Assembly (NCBI RefSeq): GCF_000619845.1
Contig: NZ_KK211037.1
Location: forward strand, 180,001 to 212,000
Length of the DNA stretch: 32,000 nucleotides
Reading direction: 5' to 3'
Source: Alkanindiges illinoisensis DSM 15370
Lineage (GTDB): Bacteria; Pseudomonadota; Gammaproteobacteria; Pseudomonadales; Moraxellaceae
Shown: in pieces, positions 17,892-25,816 of the stretch
Layout: the number at the start of each line of letters is the position of its first letter
Position numbering within the stretch: the first letter of the stretch is position 1
Notes under the pieces: generated by a model
The model's input: the letters and a program-made list of their open reading frames with translations, nothing else
Told to the model about the DNA's origin: nothing
The model's database searches: none
Translations under genes and position numbers: made by a program

Positions 17892-18173
17892 TATAATGCG
17901 CCACGCACTTATTTCCGTTCATCGCCTGAACATCTAATTGATTTACGATTGCGCGTTTACAGTCCTCAGGATGACTATTCTTCGCGCCTCTCATCTTTAG
18001 TCAGTCTACACTGACCATCTTTTTCAGGCTGCTGCCGTAAGCTGTTGTGCGTATATTGCATCGTCTTTGTAAGCCTAAGCCCACTGACAAGAGTCAGATC
18101 TCTGCTTTGCTGCCTGATGCCGATGTCTATTTTATGACTTTATTGGAGCGCCCAACATGGGGCGAGACTCTCT
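17892..18173 (+). promoter_or_regulatory. Predicted -10 element and long (~275 nt) 5' leader of the DEAD-box helicase gene, including a 6-codon uORF
   Basis: TATAAT at 17892-17897 within gcgcTATAATgcgcc. No convincing ORF lies between it and 18174. Small hairpins occur at 18000-18015 and near 18145-18170. The uORF ATG 18157 to TGA 18177 has GGAG (18145-18148) 8 nt upstream. Confidence 0.35.
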
Positions 18174-20039
18174 ATGAGCAACACTTTTGCTGATTTTCCT
18201 TTAGCTGAACAATATCAAAAAGCCCTGAACGATCTGGGCTTCACTGCACCCACCCCTGTGCAGGCTGCAGCTATTCCTGCCGCATTAGACGGTAAAGACC
18301 TACTGGTATCTAGCCAGACCGGTAGCGGTAAAACCGTTGCCTTCCTGTTGCCAACCTTGAATCCTCTGGCAACCACCAATCAATTGCAGTCTGCCAAAGA
18401 CCGCATGAAATCTGTAACTGCACCACAAGTACTGGTGCTGTGCCCAACCCGTGAATTGGCTCAGCAAGTTAGCCAGGATGCGATTGCACTGGTTCGTCAT
18501 GTGCGTGGCCTGCGCATTGCGACCATTGTAGGCGGCATGCCATTTGGAAAGCAAATTGCCCAGTTAAAAGGCGCACAAGTTGTTGTGGCTACACCAGGCC
18601 GTTTGCTGGATCTGGTTAATCGTCGTCAATTGAGCCTGCATGAAGTAGATGCGCTGATTGTTGATGAAGCAGACCGCATGCTGGATCTGGGTTTTTCCGA
18701 AGACCTTGAAGCCATTAGTGATCTGGCGGCCAACCGCAAGCAAACCCTGATGTTCTCTGCAACATTCGCTGACCGTATCATTCGTCTTGCTGAAAAGATG
18801 ATGAACGAGCCTGAGCGTATTGCAATTGAAACCGGTTCAAGCACTAATGTGGATATTGAACAAACCCTGCACTGGACTGATGGTTTTGAGCACAAGAAAA
18901 AACTGCTGGCTCACTGGTTAAGCGATGAAACCATGGATCAGGCAGTTGTATTTGCCAGCACTCAGGAAGATACCGATATGCTGGCCGAAGAGCTGGCTGA
19001 AGCGGGTCATCAGGTCGTTGCCCTGCATGGTGCCATGCCACAAACCGTACGTAACCGTCGCATCAAGAGCCTGCGTGATGGCCGTGCACGTGTACTGGTT
19101 GCCACTGACGTTGCAGCGCGTGGTCTGGATGTTCCCGGTATTAGCCATGTCATCAACTTTGGCTTACCAATGAAAAATGAAGACTACGTACACCGTATTG
19201 GCCGTACCGGTCGTGCGGGCCGTAGTGGTCGTGCCATTACGCTGGCACTGCACCGTGAGCGCGGTAAAATCCGTGGTCTGGAAGAATACCTGAGTGCCCG
19301 TCTGGCTGTGACCGAAATTGCGGGTCTTGAGCCAAGCCCACCACCAGAGCGTCCACGTGGTGCTGGTCGTGGTAATGGTAATGGCCGTGGTGGCCGTCCG
19401 GGTGGCGGTGGCCGTCGCTTTGAAGGCGAATCCCGTTTTGGTAGTGGCGAGCGTCGTCCATTCAACCGTGATGGTGCTGATCGTTCAGATAGCCGTCCAG
19501 CACGTCCGTTTAACCGTGATGGTGGTGACCAGCGTCGCAGCTTTGGCAATAGCGAAGGCGGTGAGCGTCGTCCGTTCAACCGTGATGGTGCTGATCGTTC
19601 AGATAGCCGTCCAGCGCGTCCGTTTAACCGTGATGGTGGTGACCAGCGTCGCAGCTTTGGCAATGACGACAATCGTGGTAACCGCGTAGACTATCGTAGT
19701 GAACGTCCAGCGCGTTCATTTGGCAATAGCGAAGGTGGCGAACGTCGTCCATTCAATCGTGATGGCGACCGTCCAGCGCGTCCATTTAACCGTGATGGTG
19801 GTGACCAGCGTCGCAGCTTTGGCAATAGCGAAGGTGGCGAACGTCGTCCATTCAACCGTGATGGCGGTGAGCGTCGTTCATTTGGCGGTGATCGTTCAGA
19901 TAGCCGTCCAGTGCGCCGTGAATTTGGTGGTGAGCGTAGCTTCGGTGCTGAGCATACTCCAAATGTTGAGCGTAAAACCCGCCGTTTTAAAGAACAGGCT
20001 TATGCCAACAAGGCACGCGCCAATAACCATGATGACTAA
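18174..20039 (+). CDS. DEAD-box ATP-dependent RNA helicase with a long repetitive R/G/D/F-rich C-terminal tail
   Basis: Q motif (GFTAPTPVQ), motif I SQTGSGKT, PTRELA, DEAD (VDEAD), SAT, HRIGRTGRAG. After about residue 385 the sequence becomes low complexity, with seven RPFNRDG motifs. Confidence 0.95.
   Translation: MSNTFADFPLAEQYQKALNDLGFTAPTPVQAAAIPAALDGKDLLVSSQTGSGKTVAFLLPTLNPLATTNQLQSAKDRMKSVTAPQVLVLCPTRELAQQVSQDAIALVRHVRGLRIATIVGGMPFGKQIAQLKGAQVVVATPGRLLDLVNRRQLSLHEVDALIVDEADRMLDLGFSEDLEAISDLAANRKQTLMFSATFADRIIRLAEKMMNEPERIAIETGSSTNVDIEQTLHWTDGFEHKKKLLAHWLSDETMDQAVVFASTQEDTDMLAEELAEAGHQVVALHGAMPQTVRNRRIKSLRDGRARVLVATDVAARGLDVPGISHVINFGLPMKNEDYVHRIGRTGRAGRSGRAITLALHRERGKIRGLEEYLSARLAVTEIAGLEPSPPPERPRGAGRGNGNGRGGRPGGGGRRFEGESRFGSGERRPFNRDGADRSDSRPARPFNRDGGDQRRSFGNSEGGERRPFNRDGADRSDSRPARPFNRDGGDQRRSFGNDDNRGNRVDYRSERPARSFGNSEGGERRPFNRDGDRPARPFNRDGGDQRRSFGNSEGGERRPFNRDGGERRSFGGDRSDSRPVRREFGGERSFGAEHTPNVERKTRRFKEQAYANKARANNHDD
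19446..19673 (+). repeat. Tandem 114-bp (38-codon) in-frame direct repeat x2, with degenerate further copies downstream to about 19900
   Basis: Copy 1 (19446-19559) and copy 2 (19560-19673) differ by only 3 synonymous substitutions by hand comparison, until the last ~9 nt. A partial third copy lies at about 19786-19860. Confidence 0.9.
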
Positions 20040-20113
20040 GTTCGTCATGGTTTAATGACCAGATGACCTTATTCTAACCTGCTAATTCATTGTATTATTT
20101 TAGCAGGTTGCCT

Positions 20114-20141
20114 AAAAAGCCGGTACTGTGCCGGCTTTTTT
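20114..20141 (+). terminator. Rho-independent terminator of the helicase gene
   Basis: aaaaagccgg / ccggcttttt stem with loop tactgtg and a T-run. It is preceded by another perfect 10-bp hairpin (20076-20085 with 20100-20109). Confidence 0.8.
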
Positions 20142-20312
20142 GACATCTGTACTTCGCGCAATCTTTTAGTGCTGATCCTGTGGTTAGCCAGATTTTTGCA
20201 TCTTGTTCATGGTGGCAATACGCTATACTATGCAGCAAATAGCAGGGCACAAAATAGCAATGCGTTATCCAGCGGATTGATGAAATTGGTAAAATGCTAA
20301 CAAGGAAAACAA

Positions 20313-20462
20313 ATGCCTTATCTTTTTGTATTTTTAGTCGGTTTAAATGCGGTTTATTTGGGCTTTCAGCTCTTAAAGGAAAAAGAACCGTCAGTATTGC
20401 CCGAATTTAATATCCAGCAGGCTGAAGTCTACCCGGAAACCATTCAACTGGTGGAAAAGTAA
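20313..20462 (+). CDS. Candidate small membrane protein (49 aa) upstream of mlaF; below the ORF-track cutoff
   Basis: The ATG at 20313 has AAGGA 6 nt upstream. Product: MPYLFVFLVGLNAVYLGFQLLKEKEPSVLPEFNIQQAEVYPETIQLVEK, one TM helix plus an acidic tail, ending in a TAATAA double stop. A candidate -10 TATACT lies at 20224-20229. Confidence 0.4.
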   Translation: MPYLFVFLVGLNAVYLGFQLLKEKEPSVLPEFNIQQAEVYPETIQLVEK

Positions 20463-20587
20463 TAACTTATTCTTCACCATTCAAAGCAGCTTGCCTTAAA
20501 ACAAAAGCACTACGTTCCCTACTTATAGTGCGATATAAAGTATGCTAAAGTTGTTTTTTTAATATTTTGTTACGGATTATTGTGCGC

Positions 20588-21436
20588 ATGGTTAATCCCC
20601 AAAATCGGACACAAGATTCGCATACGTTAACCGATGATTCATTAATCGAAGTCAAAGATCTGGTTTTTTACCGCGGTGACCGTCCTATTTATGATGGCGT
20701 AAACATGCAGTTCAGGCGTGGACAGATTACCGGCATTATGGGGCCTTCCGGCACGGGTAAAACTACCCTGCTGCGCCTGATTGGCGGGCAGCTTGTACCC
20801 GACAGTGGGAAAGTATTATTTGAAGGGCAAAATATTGCCAGCCTTGGCCGTCAGCAACTGTTTAAAGTGCGCGCCCGCATGGGCATGTTGTTTCAAAGTG
20901 GCGCCTTATTTACTGACATGACAGTATTTGAGAATGTGGCCTTTCCATTACGGGCGCACACCCGACTGCCTGAGCACCTGATTGCCGAGCTGGTTGGCCT
21001 AAAGCTTGAGGCAGTGGGCCTGCGTGGCACTGAACAGCTCATGCCGTCAGAGTTATCCGGTGGTATGAATCGCCGGGTAGCGCTGGCCCGTGCCATTGCG
21101 CTGGATCCTGACCTGATTATGTATGACGAACCCTTTGCGGGACAAGACCCAATTGTGATGGGCGTATTGACTCGCCTGATCCGTGCCCTGCGTGAAGCAC
21201 TGGGGCTTACTACCATTATTGTATCGCACGATGTAGATGAAACCCTGTCGATTGCTGATTATGTGTATGTGGTGGCAGAAGGCAAAATTATGGGTGAAGG
21301 TACGCCTGAACAGCTAAGAGCCTCGCCATCTGCTTTTGTACAACAGTTTTTAAATGGCTATGCAGAAGGCCCGGTCGAGTTTCAATATAGCCAAACTCCC
21401 TATCTGGCAACATCTCCAATGGGAGAACCTACATGA
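20588..21436 (+). CDS. mlaF: Phospholipid ABC transporter ATP-binding protein MlaF
   Basis: Colinear with E. coli MlaF (GPSGTGKTTLLRLIGGQ, MLFQSGALFTDM, LSGGM, SHDV). The start is ambiguous (TTG 20567, GTG 20582, ATG 20588). Confidence 0.9.
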   Translation: MVNPQNRTQDSHTLTDDSLIEVKDLVFYRGDRPIYDGVNMQFRRGQITGIMGPSGTGKTTLLRLIGGQLVPDSGKVLFEGQNIASLGRQQLFKVRARMGMLFQSGALFTDMTVFENVAFPLRAHTRLPEHLIAELVGLKLEAVGLRGTEQLMPSELSGGMNRRVALARAIALDPDLIMYDEPFAGQDPIVMGVLTRLIRALREALGLTTIIVSHDVDETLSIADYVYVVAEGKIMGEGTPEQLRASPSAFVQQFLNGYAEGPVEFQYSQTPYLATSPMGEPT

Positions 21437-22212
21437 ACGCGGTGCAGCATCTTGGACGTGCCGTCATTGAGCGGATTGAAGGTATTGGGGCAGCGCTGCT
21501 ATTACTGCTGCGTACCTTGCTGGCCGTGCCATCGCCCCGGGGTTTTGGCCTGTTTGTCGAGCAAATGTATCGGGTGGGGGTACTGTCCCTGCTGATTATT
21601 AGCGTATCCGGCCTGTTCATTGGACTGGTGCTGGGCTTGCAGTTGTATTCCATTTTAATTCGGTTTGGCAGTGAGTCGATGCTGGGCACTGGTCTGGCAC
21701 TAACCTTGTTACGTGAGCTGGGGCCAGTGGTAGCAGCCCTGCTGTTTGCCGGACGTGCCTGTTCCAGTATCTCAGCAGATATTGGCTCAATGAAAGCTTC
21801 TGAACAACTGTCCAGTATGGAAATGATCGGGGTTGATCCCCTGCGCCGCATTGTTGCGCCTCGCCTGTGGGCAGGTATTGTCAGCTTGCCCTTACTAACC
21901 ATTATCTTCTCGGCAGTGGGAATTCTGGGTGGCAAGTTTGTTGGCGTGGACTGGCTAGGGGTGGATGAAGGCTCTTTTTGGTCCAGCATGCAGGGTTCGG
22001 TGAGCTTTAGTGAAGATGTCATTAACGGCATTATTAAAAGTATTGTCTTTGCAGTGACCTGTACCTGGATTGCAGTGTATCAGGGCTATGCCTGTGACCC
22101 GACGCCAGAAGGCATTGCCACTGCCATTACCCGTACTGTGGTTTATTCGTCCCTGTGTGTGCTGGGACTTGATTTTGTTTTGACTGCGGTCATGTTCGGA
22201 GGATTGTCATGA
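21433..22212 (+). CDS. mlaE: Phospholipid ABC transporter permease MlaE
   Basis: Polytopic membrane protein with the MlaE-type pattern (RELGPVVAALLFAGR). There is a 4-bp ATGA overlap with mlaF. Confidence 0.9.
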   Translation: MNAVQHLGRAVIERIEGIGAALLLLLRTLLAVPSPRGFGLFVEQMYRVGVLSLLIISVSGLFIGLVLGLQLYSILIRFGSESMLGTGLALTLLRELGPVVAALLFAGRACSSISADIGSMKASEQLSSMEMIGVDPLRRIVAPRLWAGIVSLPLLTIIFSAVGILGGKFVGVDWLGVDEGSFWSSMQGSVSFSEDVINGIIKSIVFAVTCTWIAVYQGYACDPTPEGIATAITRTVVYSSLCVLGLDFVLTAVMFGGLS

Positions 22213-22730
22213 GGACACGAAGCAGTGAACTCACCGTAGGCATTTTTGTAATTGTAGCGGCCATTGCGCTGTTCTTTCTGGCCATGAAAGTTAGTGGACT
22301 GTTGGGCAGCAATTATGGAGACACTTATACGCTAACCGCACAATTTAACAATGTTAACGGTTTAAAACCGCGTGCTAAGATTACCATCAGTGGCGTAACC
22401 ATTGGACGTGTCACAGATATCCATCTTGACCCTAAAACCCTACAGGCAGAAGTGGTGATGGAAATTGACAGTAACGTCAAGACCATTGATGACGATGCCT
22501 ATGCCATGGTGGCCACTAACGGAATTCTCGGTGAAAAATATTTGAAAATCGTGCCTGGTGCCGGTGAAAAGTACTATAAGGCAGGTGACAGGATCACCCA
22601 GACCCAGGGTTCCATGGATATTGAAGATTTGATCAACAAGTTTATTACCGGAAATGCTGGTGCCAACAAGACAGCATCAGCAACGCCTGCGGTACAGGCG
22701 CAACCGGATGGCTTTGCAGAAGGGTTTTAG
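22209..22730 (+). CDS. mlaD: MCE-domain phospholipid-binding protein MlaD
   Basis: N-terminal TM anchor plus an MCE domain (GLKPRAKITISGVTIGRV). 4-bp overlap with mlaE. Confidence 0.9.
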   Translation: MRTRSSELTVGIFVIVAAIALFFLAMKVSGLLGSNYGDTYTLTAQFNNVNGLKPRAKITISGVTIGRVTDIHLDPKTLQAEVVMEIDSNVKTIDDDAYAMVATNGILGEKYLKIVPGAGEKYYKAGDRITQTQGSMDIEDLINKFITGNAGANKTASATPAVQAQPDGFAEGF

Positions 22731-22803
22731 GCCATTTTGCAGAACATAATTTTCATCAGGCAGTACTGATTGCAATATTGCCTTACTCAATGAGAGGAAT
22801 AAC

Positions 22804-23433
22804 ATGAAATTTAAAGCATTGCCAACCACATTAAGTGCCAGCATGCTCGCAGCCATGGTTGCCAGCACCAGTGTGCAGGCTGCACCTGAACCTGCCCCAG
22901 TATTTGTAAAACGTATTTCTGATACGCTGGTTGACCGTCTGGTCAAAGAACGCGCCAATTACCAGAAGAATCCGGCAGTGCTCAACACCATCGTTAAAGA
23001 AAATATTGAGCCGTATGTTGATTTTGAAGGTTTTGCCCGTGGCGTCATGGGTCAGTATTATCGTCAGGCAACGCCTGCCCAGCGCACTACCTTTACCCAG
23101 ACCTTCCGTCAGAGCCTGATTCGGACCTACGCCAAGGGTCTGGCTGCCTATAACAATGAAAGCTATAGCATTCGCCCGTTTACGCCGGGTCGTGATCCCA
23201 GCAAGGCCGTAGTGAGCATGGACTTTAAAACCAGTAATGGCACTATTCCAGTCACTTATCAGTTGATTCAAAGTGGTGAAAGCTGGAAAGTGCGTAATGT
23301 GTCGTTAAATGGCATTGATATCGGGCTTACCTTCCGTAACCAGTTTTCCTCAACAGTGCAAAGCAACAAGGGCAATCTGGATAACGCCATTAAAAACTTT
23401 ACCCCATCTGCTGATGCGGCAGGCAACCGTTAA
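22804..23433 (+). CDS. mlaC: Periplasmic phospholipid-binding protein MlaC (Ttg2D family)
   Basis: Signal peptide ending VQA|AP. Position in the mla operon and Ttg2D-like sequence (ENIEPYVDFEGFARGVMGQYYRQATPAQR). Confidence 0.85.
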   Translation: MKFKALPTTLSASMLAAMVASTSVQAAPEPAPVFVKRISDTLVDRLVKERANYQKNPAVLNTIVKENIEPYVDFEGFARGVMGQYYRQATPAQRTTFTQTFRQSLIRTYAKGLAAYNNESYSIRPFTPGRDPSKAVVSMDFKTSNGTIPVTYQLIQSGESWKVRNVSLNGIDIGLTFRNQFSSTVQSNKGNLDNAIKNFTPSADAAGNR

Positions 23434-23735
23434 TGGTGGGGGCGCAGCTTAAAGTTCAGGATCAGGTGATAGCCTTAATGGGTAGCATTGAATTTGACAA
23501 TGCTGCCTCGGTCTATGCACAGGGCTTAAAGCTGTTAAAGCAGCAAAATCACTGGCCTGTATATCTGGATTTATCTGGTTTGAAATCGAGTAATAGCATT
23601 GCGCTGGCAGTGTTTGTACAGTGGCTAAGGCAATGTGCAACCGGGCAGCAGTTTTATTTGCAGCATGTTCCACAAAAAATGCAGGCTATCATTCAGGCAT
23701 CCAATTTACAGGATGCCTTTGGTTTAAAGGCATGA
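23433..23735 (+). CDS. mlaB: STAS-domain protein MlaB
   Basis: 100-aa protein overlapping the mlaC stop (TAATG). It is the last gene of the operon, with the size and pattern of a STAS/anti-sigma-antagonist-like MlaB. Confidence 0.7.
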   Translation: MVGAQLKVQDQVIALMGSIEFDNAASVYAQGLKLLKQQNHWPVYLDLSGLKSSNSIALAVFVQWLRQCATGQQFYLQHVPQKMQAIIQASNLQDAFGLKA

Positions 23736-23776
23736 TTTTAAAATACTAATAAAGTCTTATTCAATTATTAGACAAA

Positions 23777-23796
23777 GAGTTGGTATTAACCAACTC
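23777..23796. terminator. Hairpin spanning the stop codon of the 23786-24562 gene; candidate bidirectional terminator (mla operon and convergent gene)
   Basis: gagttggt (23777-23784) pairs with accaactc (23789-23796), loop atta. On the minus strand tttgtct follows. On the plus strand a tttt run lies 7 nt downstream. Confidence 0.35.
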
Positions 23797-24562
23797 GTGC
23801 TCGTTTTGGATTTTCCAGTTTTCTGATTTTTGGTATGTCTTGTGCCAGCTCAATTGAAGTAGCGCGCATCATCAGTGGCTGAATCAGCGGAGAGCTTAGC
23901 AGGTTAATCACCTGACGGGCTTTTACTGTGTTTTTACGGGCTGGATTGATATAACCACGCAAAATAATTTCTTCATTGGAAATATAGACAAACTGGTCGC
24001 CTGGGCGGAGCCACTTGTCCAGTGTTACTGCGCACTGTACCTGCTTATTACGGGCCATACGCCATGCAGCCAGTGAATCACCGGCAGTTACCAACCGTGT
24101 GTTGGCAGGAATATTGGGAACATTCTTAAGAAAAATACTGCCGACCCGGCTGCTTTTGGGCGGTACAGCAATGGTGCTGACTTTAGCCTGAAACAGCGTA
24201 TCCAGTAAAGTCACCCGCTTGGGTAGTGGATTATTGGGACACCACAGGATAACCTGACTGGCAGCAATGATTTGACTGTTATTTTCCAGAAACTGATTAA
24301 TTTTTGGCGTACCGTAAGCCGGATTTTCAATAAAAATGACCAGATCAGAGCTAACAGTTTTTTTGTTAAATTCAGTATATAAATCAATATTTTGGCGTGG
24401 AGAAATTTCAATATTCATCCCCAGCTGTTGAGACAAACGCGGTTTGAGTGATTCCAGTACTGGCTGAAAACCCTGACTAATGCCCACGCGCAAGGTTTCA
24501 ACCGCATGCACAGGCGTAACCGACAAAGCGAAAGCAAGCGATACTACTTTTGATAATTTCAC
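23786..24562 (-). CDS. Orphan periplasmic substrate-binding-like protein (ModA/PBP type II-like)
   Basis: Signal peptide (MKLSKVVSLAFALSVTPVHA|VE). The alternating pattern resembles molybdate-type binding proteins (LRVGISQGF..., DLVIF, IAVPP). It is more AT-rich than its neighbours and has no adjacent permease or ATPase. Confidence 0.45.
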   Translation of the reverse strand: MKLSKVVSLAFALSVTPVHAVETLRVGISQGFQPVLESLKPRLSQQLGMNIEISPRQNIDLYTEFNKKTVSSDLVIFIENPAYGTPKINQFLENNSQIIAASQVILWCPNNPLPKRVTLLDTLFQAKVSTIAVPPKSSRVGSIFLKNVPNIPANTRLVTAGDSLAAWRMARNKQVQCAVTLDKWLRPGDQFVYISNEEIILRGYINPARKNTVKARQVINLLSSPLIQPLMMRATSIELAQDIPKIRKLENPKRARVG

Positions 24563-24643
24563 TTTGAAACCTTTATGTTAATTTTATGTTACTTATTGTA
24601 ATCGCATTTTAGCAAATTACAAACATTAAATTCTGTAAGCAAT

Positions 24644-25657
24644 CTAAATCCACTTTTTAGCACGAAAATAAATTAAAGGTCCAATAAAAAATAACAGCAC
24701 GATAAATATCACCAAGAAGAAACTGTAGTGTCCGTGGGCAAATGGCAGGCTTTCAGTGTTCATGCCATAAATGCTGGCAATCAGCATTGGCGGGGCAAGC
24801 ATGCTGGGTAAAATAGAGAAACGACGGATCGTGTCGCTTTGCTCAGTGTTAATAAATCCTGACGTGGTATCGAGCAAGAAACGTACTTTTTGATACAAAA
24901 AAGTATCGTGCTCAACCAGTGAGCGCACGTCTTCGGTCAATTCCCGTACATCAACATCATAAATATGGCTGCCCAATGCACGAGGACGGCTGAGGAAAGT
25001 AAGCACACGGCGCAAGTCGATCAGGCAAAGCTGGGCCTTACCTAACACATCTTCCTGCTGGGCCAGCCGCGTTACCATGTCATCCAGATCCAGTACGTTT
25101 TCGCGATGATGATTATTGAGTACTTCAGTAGAATATTTTTCGAGGTCGCGGTGCACGTCCTCTAAGATATCCGCCAGTTCATCCACCTTGGCTTCCAGCA
25201 AGCCCAGCAAAATCCAGATTGGGTCTTTGTAGTCAATGTCATAATCATTGCGGCGGGCACGGGCGCGAAAGGCACGAAACGACACCAGTTTTTCGCCACG
25301 CAGGGTATACAGCCGTTCCTTGCTTAAAATAAAGGCAACGGTTTGTGCGGTGGCTAAAATATGACTGTTGTCTTCGTCTTCATTATCCGCCTGCAGGCTT
25401 TTATTTTTGGACAAAAAATAGGTGCTGATATGCAGGATGCCATCATCATCACGATAGTAGCGGGCTGAAGAAGAAATATCTTCCAGGGAGCGAATGGTCG
25501 GCAGGGTTTGGCCATAGGCGTCTTCTACCCACTGCTGTTCTTCCTGCGTGGGGGCAATCAGGTCAATCCAGACCAGCTCCTGCTCGAGGTCAAAACCACC
25601 CCGGACGGTGGTGTCCTGTAAGCTGCCGCGCTCGGTGGCAAAAAAAGCTTCGAGCAT
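24644..25657 (-). CDS. corA: CorA-family divalent metal (Mg2+/Co2+) transporter
   Basis: Large cytoplasmic N-domain, then two C-terminal TM helices carrying the signature YGMN (SIYGMNTE). Confidence 0.85.
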   Translation of the reverse strand: MLEAFFATERGSLQDTTVRGGFDLEQELVWIDLIAPTQEEQQWVEDAYGQTLPTIRSLEDISSSARYYRDDDGILHISTYFLSKNKSLQADNEDEDNSHILATAQTVAFILSKERLYTLRGEKLVSFRAFRARARRNDYDIDYKDPIWILLGLLEAKVDELADILEDVHRDLEKYSTEVLNNHHRENVLDLDDMVTRLAQQEDVLGKAQLCLIDLRRVLTFLSRPRALGSHIYDVDVRELTEDVRSLVEHDTFLYQKVRFLLDTTSGFINTEQSDTIRRFSILPSMLAPPMLIASIYGMNTESLPFAHGHYSFFLVIFIVLLFFIGPLIYFRAKKWI

Positions 25658-25816
25658 ACGATAAGCTCCCTTGCGCGAAAATAATGATCAGTTAAACAGC
25701 GCCTAAACCTGGCGCCTATTCTATTCATCTATTTGAATAATGGGCAGGGGGCAAGTGCGGTTTTTACCAAAAAATCTTGCCATTTCGTCCATTTCTGCCG
25801 GAACCCATCCTGAGCG

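Noticed and set aside
19184-20055. Long ORFs in other frames across the helicase tail: minus strand 19184-19672 (162 aa, R/P/S-rich), and plus strand 19318-19689 and 19699-20055 (V/A/M-rich).
   Set aside because: They are frame-shifted or antisense readings of the same tandem repeats, so they lack stops by construction. They have no SD or independent start context, and the helicase frame is continuous from a well-supported core.
21429-22031. 200-aa minus-strand ORF antisense to mlaE. The 146-aa ORF at 22831-23271, antisense to mlaC, is similar.
   Set aside because: Both have S/P/R-rich shadow composition. The mla genes on the plus strand are tightly coupled (ATGA overlaps) and recognisable.
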